The notes beneath the pieces are model-generated. The model was not told where the DNA came from. It was given only the letters and a program-made list of their open reading frames with translations, and searched no databases. A program made the position numbers and the translations under genes. 35,858 nucleotides of DNA from an uncultured archaeon (lineage in GTDB: Archaea > Asgardarchaeota > Lokiarchaeia > Sigyniarchaeales > SOKP01): contig CAYLZE010000044.1 of the NCBI GenBank assembly GCA_964388035.1, positions 1,949 to 37,806 on the forward strand. Direction: 5' to 3'. Positions 17,752 through 26,556 of this stretch are shown piece by piece; the first letter of the stretch is position 1, and every line of letters starts with the position of its first letter.

Positions 17752-19124
17752 TTTTCAAGCACCTCCCAATTTCCTGGATTCATGATCCCATTTGGATCTA
17801 ATAATTTTCTAATTTGCGTATATACTTTTAGATAATTAGGATCCATTTTTTCCATAATCATTTTTTGAGCACCTACTTCTGGCTTCCACGGTATTCCCTC
17901 TAAGTTAAGAGCTTCTATGTTGGTTTCATGGAGGGCTTCTCTTGCATTTTCAATATCTTTTGGATCGGCCCTATTAAACGAATAAGAAATGAAAAACATT
18001 ATATTATGCGCCTTTCCTATTATCCGTGCTCCCATTGTGGGCACGATCCCATGCCTTTTTGAAATTTCAAATCCTTTTTCGATAATCTGAGGGATGTTTT
18101 CCAAGGGCATCATGGCACCAACGTATTCGAATCCACCTCCTTTTCTAAAATCGGCAGCTTTTGCTGCAAATTGAGGTTTTTCTAAAAAAATATCATAAAA
18201 TCTATCTGGCACTTTCATGTACCTAGTATTGTTTTTTCTATAGATTTTCTTTAATATTTTTGTTTTCTCATCAATTTCTTCTTGATTTTTACCTGTTATA
18301 TAGGTGATAATGGTGATATACCCTTTCATCCACTCGGGTTTATCTTGAATCCCTAAAAGGATATCTTCTATAATCTCTGTTTCAGTAACTGCGTGTAGGA
18401 GATCTGGAACATCTTTTGGTTCTTTTGCTAACCCAAATATGCAGGTTCTCATTTTTGGTCTTGGATAGAGTTTATAGGATAATTTTGTAATTATCCCGAG
18501 TGTACCAAATGAACTGATAAACATTCCAATCATGTCAGGAATTGGCCCTCTGGCAAACCAATATTTGGAAAGGGCACATGAGCCTAACTTGCATAATTCT
18601 CCATTAGGTAACACAACTTCCAATCCATTGATCATTTCGCCATGATCTCCATACATCTGTGATAAATAGCCCGAACCATGGATCAATGCATTACCTGCCA
18701 CTGTTACTGAAGGAGGAGCATCGGGCATGGAGTTTTCTAAAGTAGGATAAAATTGCTCCAAATGCGCCTTTAACTGACCCGTGGTTACTCCTGCTTCTAT
18801 TAATGCATAACGGCTTTTTTCATTAATTTCAAGGATATTATTCATTCGCTTTAGATCGATTACAATACCGCCTCTTACAGGAAGGGTAAGTCCGCTCAAA
18901 GTCAAGCCTCCTCCCATCGGGACGATAGGTATTTTTTCTTTGTTTGCCAAATTAATTATTTTTTGTATTTGATCAACCGTATCTGGCATGACCACGAAGT
19001 CTACTTTTCTGGGTAAGGAAGCTCCCGGATCAATGCCATAGATATATAAATCTTCAAGCTTATTAGAAACATATTCAGATCCAATTATGTCTTCTAATTC
19101 CTTTAGTATTGCATCTTTATTCAT
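17748..19124 (-). CDS. FAD-binding oxidoreductase (GlcD/VAO-PCMH family)
   Basis: VPMGGGLTLSG, DLKRMNNI, EAGV, GLEVVLPNG, GTLGIIT and DPNGIMNPG; 4-bp overlap with the downstream Fe-S gene. Confidence 0.92.
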   Translation of the reverse strand: MNKDAILKELEDIIGSEYVSNKLEDLYIYGIDPGASLPRKVDFVVMPDTVDQIQKIINLANKEKIPIVPMGGGLTLSGLTLPVRGGIVIDLKRMNNILEINEKSRYALIEAGVTTGQLKAHLEQFYPTLENSMPDAPPSVTVAGNALIHGSGYLSQMYGDHGEMINGLEVVLPNGELCKLGSCALSKYWFARGPIPDMIGMFISSFGTLGIITKLSYKLYPRPKMRTCIFGLAKEPKDVPDLLHAVTETEIIEDILLGIQDKPEWMKGYITIITYITGKNQEEIDEKTKILKKIYRKNNTRYMKVPDRFYDIFLEKPQFAAKAADFRKGGGFEYVGAMMPLENIPQIIEKGFEISKRHGIVPTMGARIIGKAHNIMFFISYSFNRADPKDIENAREALHETNIEALNLEGIPWKPEVGAQKMIMEKMDPNYLKVYTQIRKLLDPNGIMNPGNWEVLEK

Positions 19125-19367
19125 TAAAATAACCCATCTAAACGATTAGTTTTAGAATATATAAGAGGATATTTTACATAATGAAATTAAAAATTAAATA
19201 TCTATTATATATACTCTGTATCTTTTAAATAACTATGTTCTTTATAGATAAGTTTCCGTATTTATTAACAATTATTTTTATCTTGAGAACTTGGATGCCT
19301 TTTTTTTATTCTATTAATGAAGAATGCTTCTCCTTGGAAAAAACTAAACCTTTAAATTTTATACTGC

Positions 19368-19952
19368 ATGAGATTGATCAAATTACTGAGTCCAATTATC
19401 ATGTCTCTCGTAGGAAAAAAAGAAGGATTACTAAGATATGGGGGAATGGGAGCAATTCTCTTGGGTTTAATCATTTCAATAATATTTGATATTCTCTTAT
19501 TAACAACGGTTGTATTATATGCATTATTTATCGTATTGAATGCCGCTTGGCTTGTATTGATAGCTTTTTTGAAACTTGAAACGGATTTTATTGTAGATAA
19601 TTTCTTGAAATTAGTGATTATATTTAGTATAGGTTCTGCTGTATTACTTATTATTGGGGCATTATTAGTTAGTGGGAATTCCTTGCTATTTATTTTTATA
19701 TCCCTCTCAAGTATATCCCTAATCATAGCGTGGAATTATAGCTTATCGATATATAAAAAAGAGAAAGTTATTTTCCTTATAGGGGTCGTTTTTTACTTGA
19801 TAATATCTTTCATTTTCAGATTCTTTATACTTTTTACCATGTTCAATCTTTTATTTGAACTTCTAGCTATTGTTTTGATTATATTAGGAGTTATTCTAAT
19901 AATACTTGCTGAGTTATCAATGAAGAAAAAGGGATTATTAAATTACATTTAA
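19368..19952 (+). CDS. Hypothetical multi-pass membrane protein (~6 TM; likely start ATG 19401)
   Basis: Successive hydrophobic segments; fills the gap between neighbouring genes. Confidence 0.75.
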   Translation: MRLIKLLSPIIMSLVGKKEGLLRYGGMGAILLGLIISIIFDILLLTTVVLYALFIVLNAAWLVLIAFLKLETDFIVDNFLKLVIIFSIGSAVLLIIGALLVSGNSLLFIFISLSSISLIIAWNYSLSIYKKEKVIFLIGVVFYLIISFIFRFFILFTMFNLLFELLAIVLIILGVILIILAELSMKKKGLLNYI

Positions 19953-19953
19953 A

Positions 19954-21672
19954 TCATACTTCCAACCTTTTCCAAAGATTTTGAAAATCTTCTTTCTTAA
20001 ACGTAACTTTTAGATTTTTGGGATCAGAAGGTTCCTCTCTAAAGAATTCAGGCAAATCATTTTCATCTTGAGAGATTCCTGCTTTCTCATTGAACATGAT
20101 TTCATATTTTAGAATTTGCTTTCCAATTTTGATAACGTCCTCGCGTGTTAGATTGAGATCATATAGAGCATTTAGAGCATCTGTAATAATCTGCATTGTA
20201 CCATAATCGGGACCTATAAAGTAACAACATCCCATGGAATCCAATATCGTCGTGTATATCTGTAATTCATAGGATAAATCCAATTTATTATCATTTTCTG
20301 TTAAATCACCATAATCCCGGTTACTATTAGCTACCCGCCCCGCAATGGCTGCTCCTGCGGTATGATCCGCCCCCTGAGGTGAAGTTGCATATGTCACGCT
20401 CATACCCTTAAATACTCTCGGGTCATAACCAGATATTCCTTGCATTTTTACATGTGGAATTCTCGAAATATTCAATTCCTTCCCTAGGTGATATATCCCA
20501 TTTCCATAGAGCTTTCCTAACTTCGTATCATTCTTGATTTCTTGGAAGATTTTAAAAACTGCTTCTGAATCTCCCCATTCAATTTTACCGGCATCCATTG
20601 CCAATGCAATTGTATCTCCAAATTCTATAGTATCCAATCCTAAATCATCGCAATAATGATCAATACGAGCAATTACGTCAAGATCGTCAATGAGACAATT
20701 ACTACCATTCGCATAAATAGTTTCATATTCTAAGCTTGATGTGACATGGTTTCCATTTTCATCCAAGAATAGATTGGAACATTTAATGACGCAAGTGGGA
20801 CTGCAGGGGAGTCGCTTTTTTCCACCCCGCTTCACGACCAGCTCATGAAGTTTTTCACCGGATATTAATTCAGCTTTATCATAAGTTCCTTTTCTAAAAT
20901 TCTGGGTGGGTAATCCCCCAATTTCGCTCATTAATTTTACTGCTAAAGCTGTTCCATAAGTGGAAAGAGCTGTTTTTGTTTCTGCAAGGCGTTTTGCAAA
21001 AGGTTTTACGATTTCTTTAAATTTCTTAATATCTTGAATTTTGATTTGGGAGATTTTTGTGGGGAATATAACAACTGCTTTAACATTTTTCGAGCCCATT
21101 ACACCCCCTAATCCTCCTCTACCGGCATGTCGGCTAGGGTATCCTTCTAAATCATTTGTAGCTACCGTAGAGTTCTTATACATGTATTCTCCTGCGGGCC
21201 CAATTGAATAAATACCAATTTTTTCTCCATATTTAGTCCTTAATTGAGAATGTAATTCATAATTTCCCAATCCGGCATATTCTTGAGCAGGTTGGAACGT
21301 TATGCCTTTATCATCAATTAAAATCAGAATCTTCTCAGTGGATTTACCTTCCAAGATTAAAGCTCGAATGCCAAGTCTTGCTAACATCATGGAAGGTCTT
21401 CCTCCAACATTTGCCTCTTTAATTCCCATTGTCAAAGGACTTTTTGCTCCAACAGATGTACGAGCGGAATTTGGAAAAGAAGTTCCTGAAAGCAATCCAT
21501 TAGCAAGAATTAATTTATTATCAGAACTAAAAGGATCACACTTAGCAGGGACTTCTTCATAAATAATTTTCGAGGATAACCCCCGTGCACCAAATAAAAA
21601 AAATTTTGATTCTTTTGTTATTTCTTCATAGTTAATTGTGTGGGAAGTTAAATTAAGCCTTACAATTTTCAT
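19954..21672 (-). CDS. aor: Aldehyde:ferredoxin oxidoreductase family (W/Mo-pterin)
   Basis: AKSPLT.GIKEAN.GG, SIGPAGE, HAGRGGLGGVMGSKN.KA, C..TC.IKC, EYET, DDLGLDTI, YDPR and GADH. Confidence 0.93.
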   Translation of the reverse strand: MKIVRLNLTSHTINYEEITKESKFFLFGARGLSSKIIYEEVPAKCDPFSSDNKLILANGLLSGTSFPNSARTSVGAKSPLTMGIKEANVGGRPSMMLARLGIRALILEGKSTEKILILIDDKGITFQPAQEYAGLGNYELHSQLRTKYGEKIGIYSIGPAGEYMYKNSTVATNDLEGYPSRHAGRGGLGGVMGSKNVKAVVIFPTKISQIKIQDIKKFKEIVKPFAKRLAETKTALSTYGTALAVKLMSEIGGLPTQNFRKGTYDKAELISGEKLHELVVKRGGKKRLPCSPTCVIKCSNLFLDENGNHVTSSLEYETIYANGSNCLIDDLDVIARIDHYCDDLGLDTIEFGDTIALAMDAGKIEWGDSEAVFKIFQEIKNDTKLGKLYGNGIYHLGKELNISRIPHVKMQGISGYDPRVFKGMSVTYATSPQGADHTAGAAIAGRVANSNRDYGDLTENDNKLDLSYELQIYTTILDSMGCCYFIGPDYGTMQIITDALNALYDLNLTREDVIKIGKQILKYEIMFNEKAGISQDENDLPEFFREEPSDPKNLKVTFKKEDFQNLWKRLEV

Positions 21673-21833
21673 ATCAGTTTAAATAATGATTAATTTCTTT
21701 TTATTTTTACTTCTTTATCCTATTAATTTAACTTCTTTTTTGAAAATAAAATATCATGAACGATTTAAACCAATAGATCTCTAACAAATTGAAGGTTCTA
21801 CTTTAATAAACAAATAGAAGGAAAAGAAAAGGA

Positions 21834-22349
21834 TCAAAATGTATTATAATGAACAATATCCTCTAATGGAATTCGATCCTTAACTTCTTCCTTCTGCTTT
21901 AAAGGAAAACCTAAAGGTGTCAATCCAATCACGCGATACTCTTCAGGGATTTCTAATGCCTTCTTAATCTTTTTCTCATTGAACCATCCAATCCAGCAAG
22001 TAGCCAAGCCTTCTGCAGTGGCGGCTAAAATTAAATGTTCAAAACAAATGCCGAAATCAACGGTAAAGTATTTAACTCCATTTCCCCCCATTCCGGAGCC
22101 TTTTTCTGAAATAAGACCTACAATAAACATTGGTGCTTCCGTAAATTTAGAGGCCTGTCCGACTGCTTTTTTAACTAATTCTACCTTTTCAGGATCTTTA
22201 ACGACAATGTAATGCATGCCTTGCATGTTAGCCCATGTTGGTGCAAGCCTAGCGGCTTCTAAGATTCTGCTGATACTCTCATCAGAGGGCATTTCAGAAA
22301 GGTATTTTCTATAACTTCTCCTTTTCCTTATAACTTCATAAAAATCCAT
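21834..22349 (-). CDS. Nitroreductase family protein
   Basis: RRSYRKY, ILEAARLAPTWANMQ and LAATAEGLATCWIG. Confidence 0.93.
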   Translation of the reverse strand: MDFYEVIRKRRSYRKYLSEMPSDESISRILEAARLAPTWANMQGMHYIVVKDPEKVELVKKAVGQASKFTEAPMFIVGLISEKGSGMGGNGVKYFTVDFGICFEHLILAATAEGLATCWIGWFNEKKIKKALEIPEEYRVIGLTPLGFPLKQKEEVKDRIPLEDIVHYNTF

Positions 22350-22523
22350 ACAATCATCTCAATTAAATACATTATTAAGAGTTAATTCAATTAAACCATG
22401 TCAATATTTTAAGTTTTGCAAATTGCATTTATGAAGAATAAATCAAAAATGCAAAATATAGTGCTATTTTTTTAAATGCAATTAAATATAAGGTAATAAT
22501 TGAAGAAAATGTAAAAAAAGTAG

Positions 22524-22547
22524 CCTTTTCTAGAAAAGGTATAAATA
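22524..22547 (+). promoter_or_regulatory. 16-bp palindrome abutting a TATA box upstream of TFB
   Basis: CCTTTTCTAGAAAAGG (22524-22539) followed directly by TATAAATA (22540-22547). Confidence 0.5.
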
Positions 22548-22617
22548 TGAGAAGAGGATATAAGTTATTTAAAGTCCTTTTTTTGCTAATTTTTAATATT
22601 ATTTAGTATGATTAAAT

Positions 22618-23544
22618 ATGAATGCATATTATCGTGCGCTCTTAAAAAAGAATAAGAGTGAGCAAGAAGATTTATCCTTTACAAAGTGTTGTAATAACCA
22701 AATCATTGAATCGCGCGATGGTAATAAAGTTTGCCTTAACTGTGGAATGATTTTTGAAAGGACGTATGTTGGGGATGAACGGAGGGCTTATACCATGGAA
22801 GAAATAAATAATAGACGACGGACAGAACCTCGCTGGAGGAGTTTCGGTCCGAGAACCATGCTCCCTACTACGAAAAAAGATTCAAAAGGTAGATCAATTG
22901 GTCCTAAGGAACAATCCTTATTTTTACGCTTGTCAAAAATACAGAATTCCTTAATTTCAAGCATTGAACGAAACTTTTGGGAAGCCAAGCCTAAATTATC
23001 CATGCTCACATCTCGATTAAACATTCCGGAATACATAACAGAAACCGCGTGGAAGATTTATAGCATTGTTGCCAAAAAGAAAATGACAATGGGAAGATCG
23101 ATTGATGGTTTTATCGCGGGGGCTCTATATGTAGCGATACGAGTACATGCTTTTCCTCGCCTTTTGGATGAGGTGTGTGAAGTAGCTTTAATTCCAAGAA
23201 GAAATGTTATTCAAAGTTTAGGAATGATTAATAGACATATTCTTCCATGCTTAGGTTTAAAATATTCTCCGATTACTGCTGAAACTTTGATTTTTCGATT
23301 TGGAAATGAATTGCATGTACCCATGAAAATTCAAAAAAATGCAATCAATCTTCTCGTACATGCGTCCAAAAAGGGATTAGATCGGATCGGAAAAGACCCT
23401 AAAGGACTGGCAGCGGCATGTATTTATATCTCTGCGAGAAGTGCTTCAATAAGAATTACACAATCACACGTTGCGGTAGTGGCAAAAATAACCGAAGTCA
23501 CATTACGTTCTCGGATTAAACAAATTAAAAAAGTATTGAAATAA
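22618..23544 (+). CDS. tfb: Transcription initiation factor IIB (TFB) paralog
   Basis: Zn ribbon CC..VCLNCG, E.RAY B-reader, cyclin repeats GRSIDGFIAGALY and GKDPKGLAAACIY, HTH TEVTLRSR. Confidence 0.92.
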   Translation: MNAYYRALLKKNKSEQEDLSFTKCCNNQIIESRDGNKVCLNCGMIFERTYVGDERRAYTMEEINNRRRTEPRWRSFGPRTMLPTTKKDSKGRSIGPKEQSLFLRLSKIQNSLISSIERNFWEAKPKLSMLTSRLNIPEYITETAWKIYSIVAKKKMTMGRSIDGFIAGALYVAIRVHAFPRLLDEVCEVALIPRRNVIQSLGMINRHILPCLGLKYSPITAETLIFRFGNELHVPMKIQKNAINLLVHASKKGLDRIGKDPKGLAAACIYISARSASIRITQSHVAVVAKITEVTLRSRIKQIKKVLK

Positions 23545-23644
23545 TTTGATTAATGGTTCTTTAACTTATTCATTTTTTTAATAAATCGTAGGATGACTTT
23601 TATCTTGGTAGGAATCGTAAAAACTTGAGTGATAGAAAGAATGT

Positions 23645-24259
23645 TTAGTTTTCATTACGTGATATTTTATTACTCCAGTTTATAGCTCCTGCAGTGATAA
23701 AGAGTCCAAAAAATAAATACGTGCCGGTAATGGCATAATAAAAAATCCAACATGCTACCATTAAATACGGTGAGATTAAGGGGTTTAAGACGATTTCATT
23801 AAAAGTTGACGAGATTCCACCAACGGTTATATTAGTATTAGCAATTACCACGATGTATTCCAATTGAGTGAAGCTAGTAACCAGTTCGAAAATACCTAAA
23901 ATAATAATATATTTGGCAAGTACTAAATTGTTCATGGTTTTTTTCAATCGCAACCCTATAAATAATACCCCTAATAACAAATAGATAAGATTAATAATCA
24001 TTAATACAATCCAACATATCATTTTTGAGAACTCAATTATTCCCAGAGTGAAGATGATATCGCCTAATAAAATTGTTTTAGATTCAAAATGTAAGCTTAT
24101 ATTCATTAAAATATAAAAAGTTATAAACTCCAGCACGGAACCAATTACGAATGCAATTCCAAAGAAGAGCAAATATTTGGAAATATCTTTAAAATCCAAC
24201 ATGATTAAAAATAGTCTGCGTTTAATTATAAGTGAACTGCTTTTCTTAAAAAGTTTCAT
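23645..24259 (-). CDS. Hypothetical membrane protein (~4 TM; likely start ATG 24202)
   Basis: Four hydrophobic segments. Confidence 0.72.
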   Translation of the reverse strand: MKLFKKSSSLIIKRRLFLIMLDFKDISKYLLFFGIAFVIGSVLEFITFYILMNISLHFESKTILLGDIIFTLGIIEFSKMICWIVLMIINLIYLLLGVLFIGLRLKKTMNNLVLAKYIIILGIFELVTSFTQLEYIVVIANTNITVGGISSTFNEIVLNPLISPYLMVACWIFYYAITGTYLFFGLFITAGAINWSNKISRNEN

Positions 24260-24367
24260 CTCAATAATTTTTCATTAGTTAAGGGGAACAAAATAAAAAT
24301 GAGGAAACCTTTTTATTTTAAGAAAATTGAATAGAAAAATTAACTTATCTTTTTTCGGAGGAAATCC

Positions 24368-25393
24368 ATGAAAGAGTCCGATCATGAAAAAAATGGAAAG
24401 GTAGAATGTACCCATAAAAATGTTAAGGAAGAAGCTGGGTTTTTAGTTTGCCAAGATTGTGGATTGATTCTCTCAGATCAAGTAGTTTTTGATAGAGACT
24501 CATATACAAGTGATTTTTATGGACCTTCTCAATTGGAATACGAGAAAAAGATTTCATTGAAAGATTCAAAAGCGAAGCAAGATCCCATCATAAAAGAAAA
24601 ATATGATCACCTTATTACTCTTGACAAATGGTTTCGAGATTCAAAATCCAGTTTCGGAGAACAACGAAAGACTTTAGATTTATTAAAAAGTTATAATATA
24701 GGGCAGAACATAGATCAAACAAAATATCAAGAAATTAAGGAACGATATCTTCGATATAATCGAAAAACTCGTAAAACTTATCAAAACATGGTAATCATTT
24801 TCTTAGCAATCGTATGGTTGGAAATAAAAGATACCACAAATATTAGAATTGAGCAATACATTCACGCATGCAATGAATTGGGGCATAAGATTAATAAGAA
24901 AATGTTAAATAAAGCCATGGAAAAAATAAAGAAAACGGAAGAAAAGTGGTATAGATACCAAGGAGATAAAGTAGAGGGTAATGCACAGCTAATTCGAAAT
25001 AAGCTCGAAAGTGATATTAAAAACAAGATTAAAATCCTTTTTCAAAAAAATCTTAATGATATTTCCTTTGGGGAAGTTAAACACGAATTTTCTGATTTAA
25101 AAGAATTCGAGCAATTGAAGATTGAAATGCAATTGCTATTGGATGATCTTTTAAATAAAATATCTTATCAAGACATAAAGAATCTCAATTATAAAGCCTT
25201 CACCGCGGGTCTTTTATATTATATTGGACAAGCACTCGAAAATGAAAGGAGTAAGATTTTTACCCAAAATCTTATCGAATCCCTATCTAATTTTTCTGCC
25301 ACAACGATAAGAAAGAAATACAAAATTCTAACGAACTTATTAGGCGATCCTACTTCGATTTCAGACATGGAATTGAAAGAAAAGCAATTATAG
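24368..25393 (+). CDS. Highly divergent TFIIB-like protein (Zn ribbon plus cyclin-like folds)
   Basis: CTH..LVCQDCGLI Zn ribbon; C-terminal FTAGLLYY..FTQ..IE.LS.FSATTIRKKYKIL resembles TFB repeat 2 and its HTH. Confidence 0.68.
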   Translation: MKESDHEKNGKVECTHKNVKEEAGFLVCQDCGLILSDQVVFDRDSYTSDFYGPSQLEYEKKISLKDSKAKQDPIIKEKYDHLITLDKWFRDSKSSFGEQRKTLDLLKSYNIGQNIDQTKYQEIKERYLRYNRKTRKTYQNMVIIFLAIVWLEIKDTTNIRIEQYIHACNELGHKINKKMLNKAMEKIKKTEEKWYRYQGDKVEGNAQLIRNKLESDIKNKIKILFQKNLNDISFGEVKHEFSDLKEFEQLKIEMQLLLDDLLNKISYQDIKNLNYKAFTAGLLYYIGQALENERSKIFTQNLIESLSNFSATTIRKKYKILTNLLGDPTSISDMELKEKQL

Positions 25394-25479
25394 AAATGAA
25401 AAAGCCTTTAATTCTACAACACTATTATAATTATATAATCGAATTCACCAAATACTTACTATAAAATATTGATGATATT

Positions 25480-26403
25480 ATGAATGAAAAAACGACTCAG
25501 AAACCCAGTAAAATAAAGCATTTTCTGAAAAAATATGGAGCGATCATTTTTATCGCCATTATAGTTGTTATTTTTGCTTTATTAATCATCTCCCGAATTA
25601 ATTTTGGTCAATGGTTAGCAAACCTGGTGGTATCATTTTATAATACCTATGGAGATTTTGGAATTTATCTGGGAGTGTTTCTAATTTCAATATTTGGCAA
25701 CTTTACCGTGATATTTCCCGTACCATACACGATTGCGCTGATTGTGATCTCTGCTGTCGTGCCCGGAGTTAATCCTATATTTCTTGGGCTAGTTGGTGCA
25801 ACGGGAGCCAGTTTAGGAGAGACTTCCGCATGGTTAATAGGTCGTGGCTCGAAAGAAATGATTGGGGATTCCAAATCGATAGAAAGAATGAAAACATATG
25901 TAGATGCAGGTTGGGCCCCTTTACTAATATTCATTTTTGCTGCAACCCCTCTACCCGACGATGCCTTCTTGATTGTATTAGGAATCGCACAATATAGCAT
26001 TTTAAAAGCACTGTTTTATTGCTTTTTAGGGAAATTCGTTTTATGCTTTTTATGCAGCGCGCTCCCTATCTGGTTTGCAAATACTTCTATTGGCAACTTT
26101 CTCTTTGGGTTATTCGGAATTAATCTAGAAGCTGCACGCACGGGGATAATACCTCCAAGTTCTACAGCAGATTTAATTCAAAGTTCTGTTGTATGGTCTG
26201 CAACAATTATTATCATATTTTTATTTGTTTACATAGATTGGGGCAAGCTACTTCGGAAAATAGTTAAAGAGAAACCCAAAAATGAACAAACAATTGGAGA
26301 AGAAACCGTTAATACTAATTGTTTAAATTTCATTTTTCAAAAAATTGTCAATAGATTTCTGATATTTAAGCAAGGATTTAATATCTTTAGAGTGTTTTCT
26401 TGA
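25480..26403 (+). CDS. DedA/VTT superfamily membrane protein (VMP1/YqaA-like)
   Basis: GNFTVIFPVPY re-entrant segment, GATGASLGETSAWLIGRG, FAATPLPDD..LG and FLGK. Confidence 0.88.
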   Translation: MNEKTTQKPSKIKHFLKKYGAIIFIAIIVVIFALLIISRINFGQWLANLVVSFYNTYGDFGIYLGVFLISIFGNFTVIFPVPYTIALIVISAVVPGVNPIFLGLVGATGASLGETSAWLIGRGSKEMIGDSKSIERMKTYVDAGWAPLLIFIFAATPLPDDAFLIVLGIAQYSILKALFYCFLGKFVLCFLCSALPIWFANTSIGNFLFGLFGINLEAARTGIIPPSSTADLIQSSVVWSATIIIIFLFVYIDWGKLLRKIVKEKPKNEQTIGEETVNTNCLNFIFQKIVNRFLIFKQGFNIFRVFS

Positions 26404-26407
26404 TTCC

Positions 26408-26417
26408 TTTTTTTTTT
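26408..26417 (+). terminator. Oligo-T terminator candidate
   Basis: T10 run just after the DedA stop. Confidence 0.45.
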
Positions 26418-26556
26418 AATTATTTTAAAGAATGATTATTTAAATGTTGATATTTGATACCGCCTCAAAAAATTTTAAATCGTTAAAACGATAAATAAAA
26501 ATTATTCTTACGTTTTGTTGATATTAAGGGTAAATGGTTCTTAATTATAGATTTGC

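Noticed and set aside
19352-19726. 124-aa minus-strand ORF and the 84-aa ORF at 19235
   Set aside because: Overlap the membrane-protein gene; the Ile/Asn/Lys-rich composition is typical of antisense to hydrophobic coding sequence
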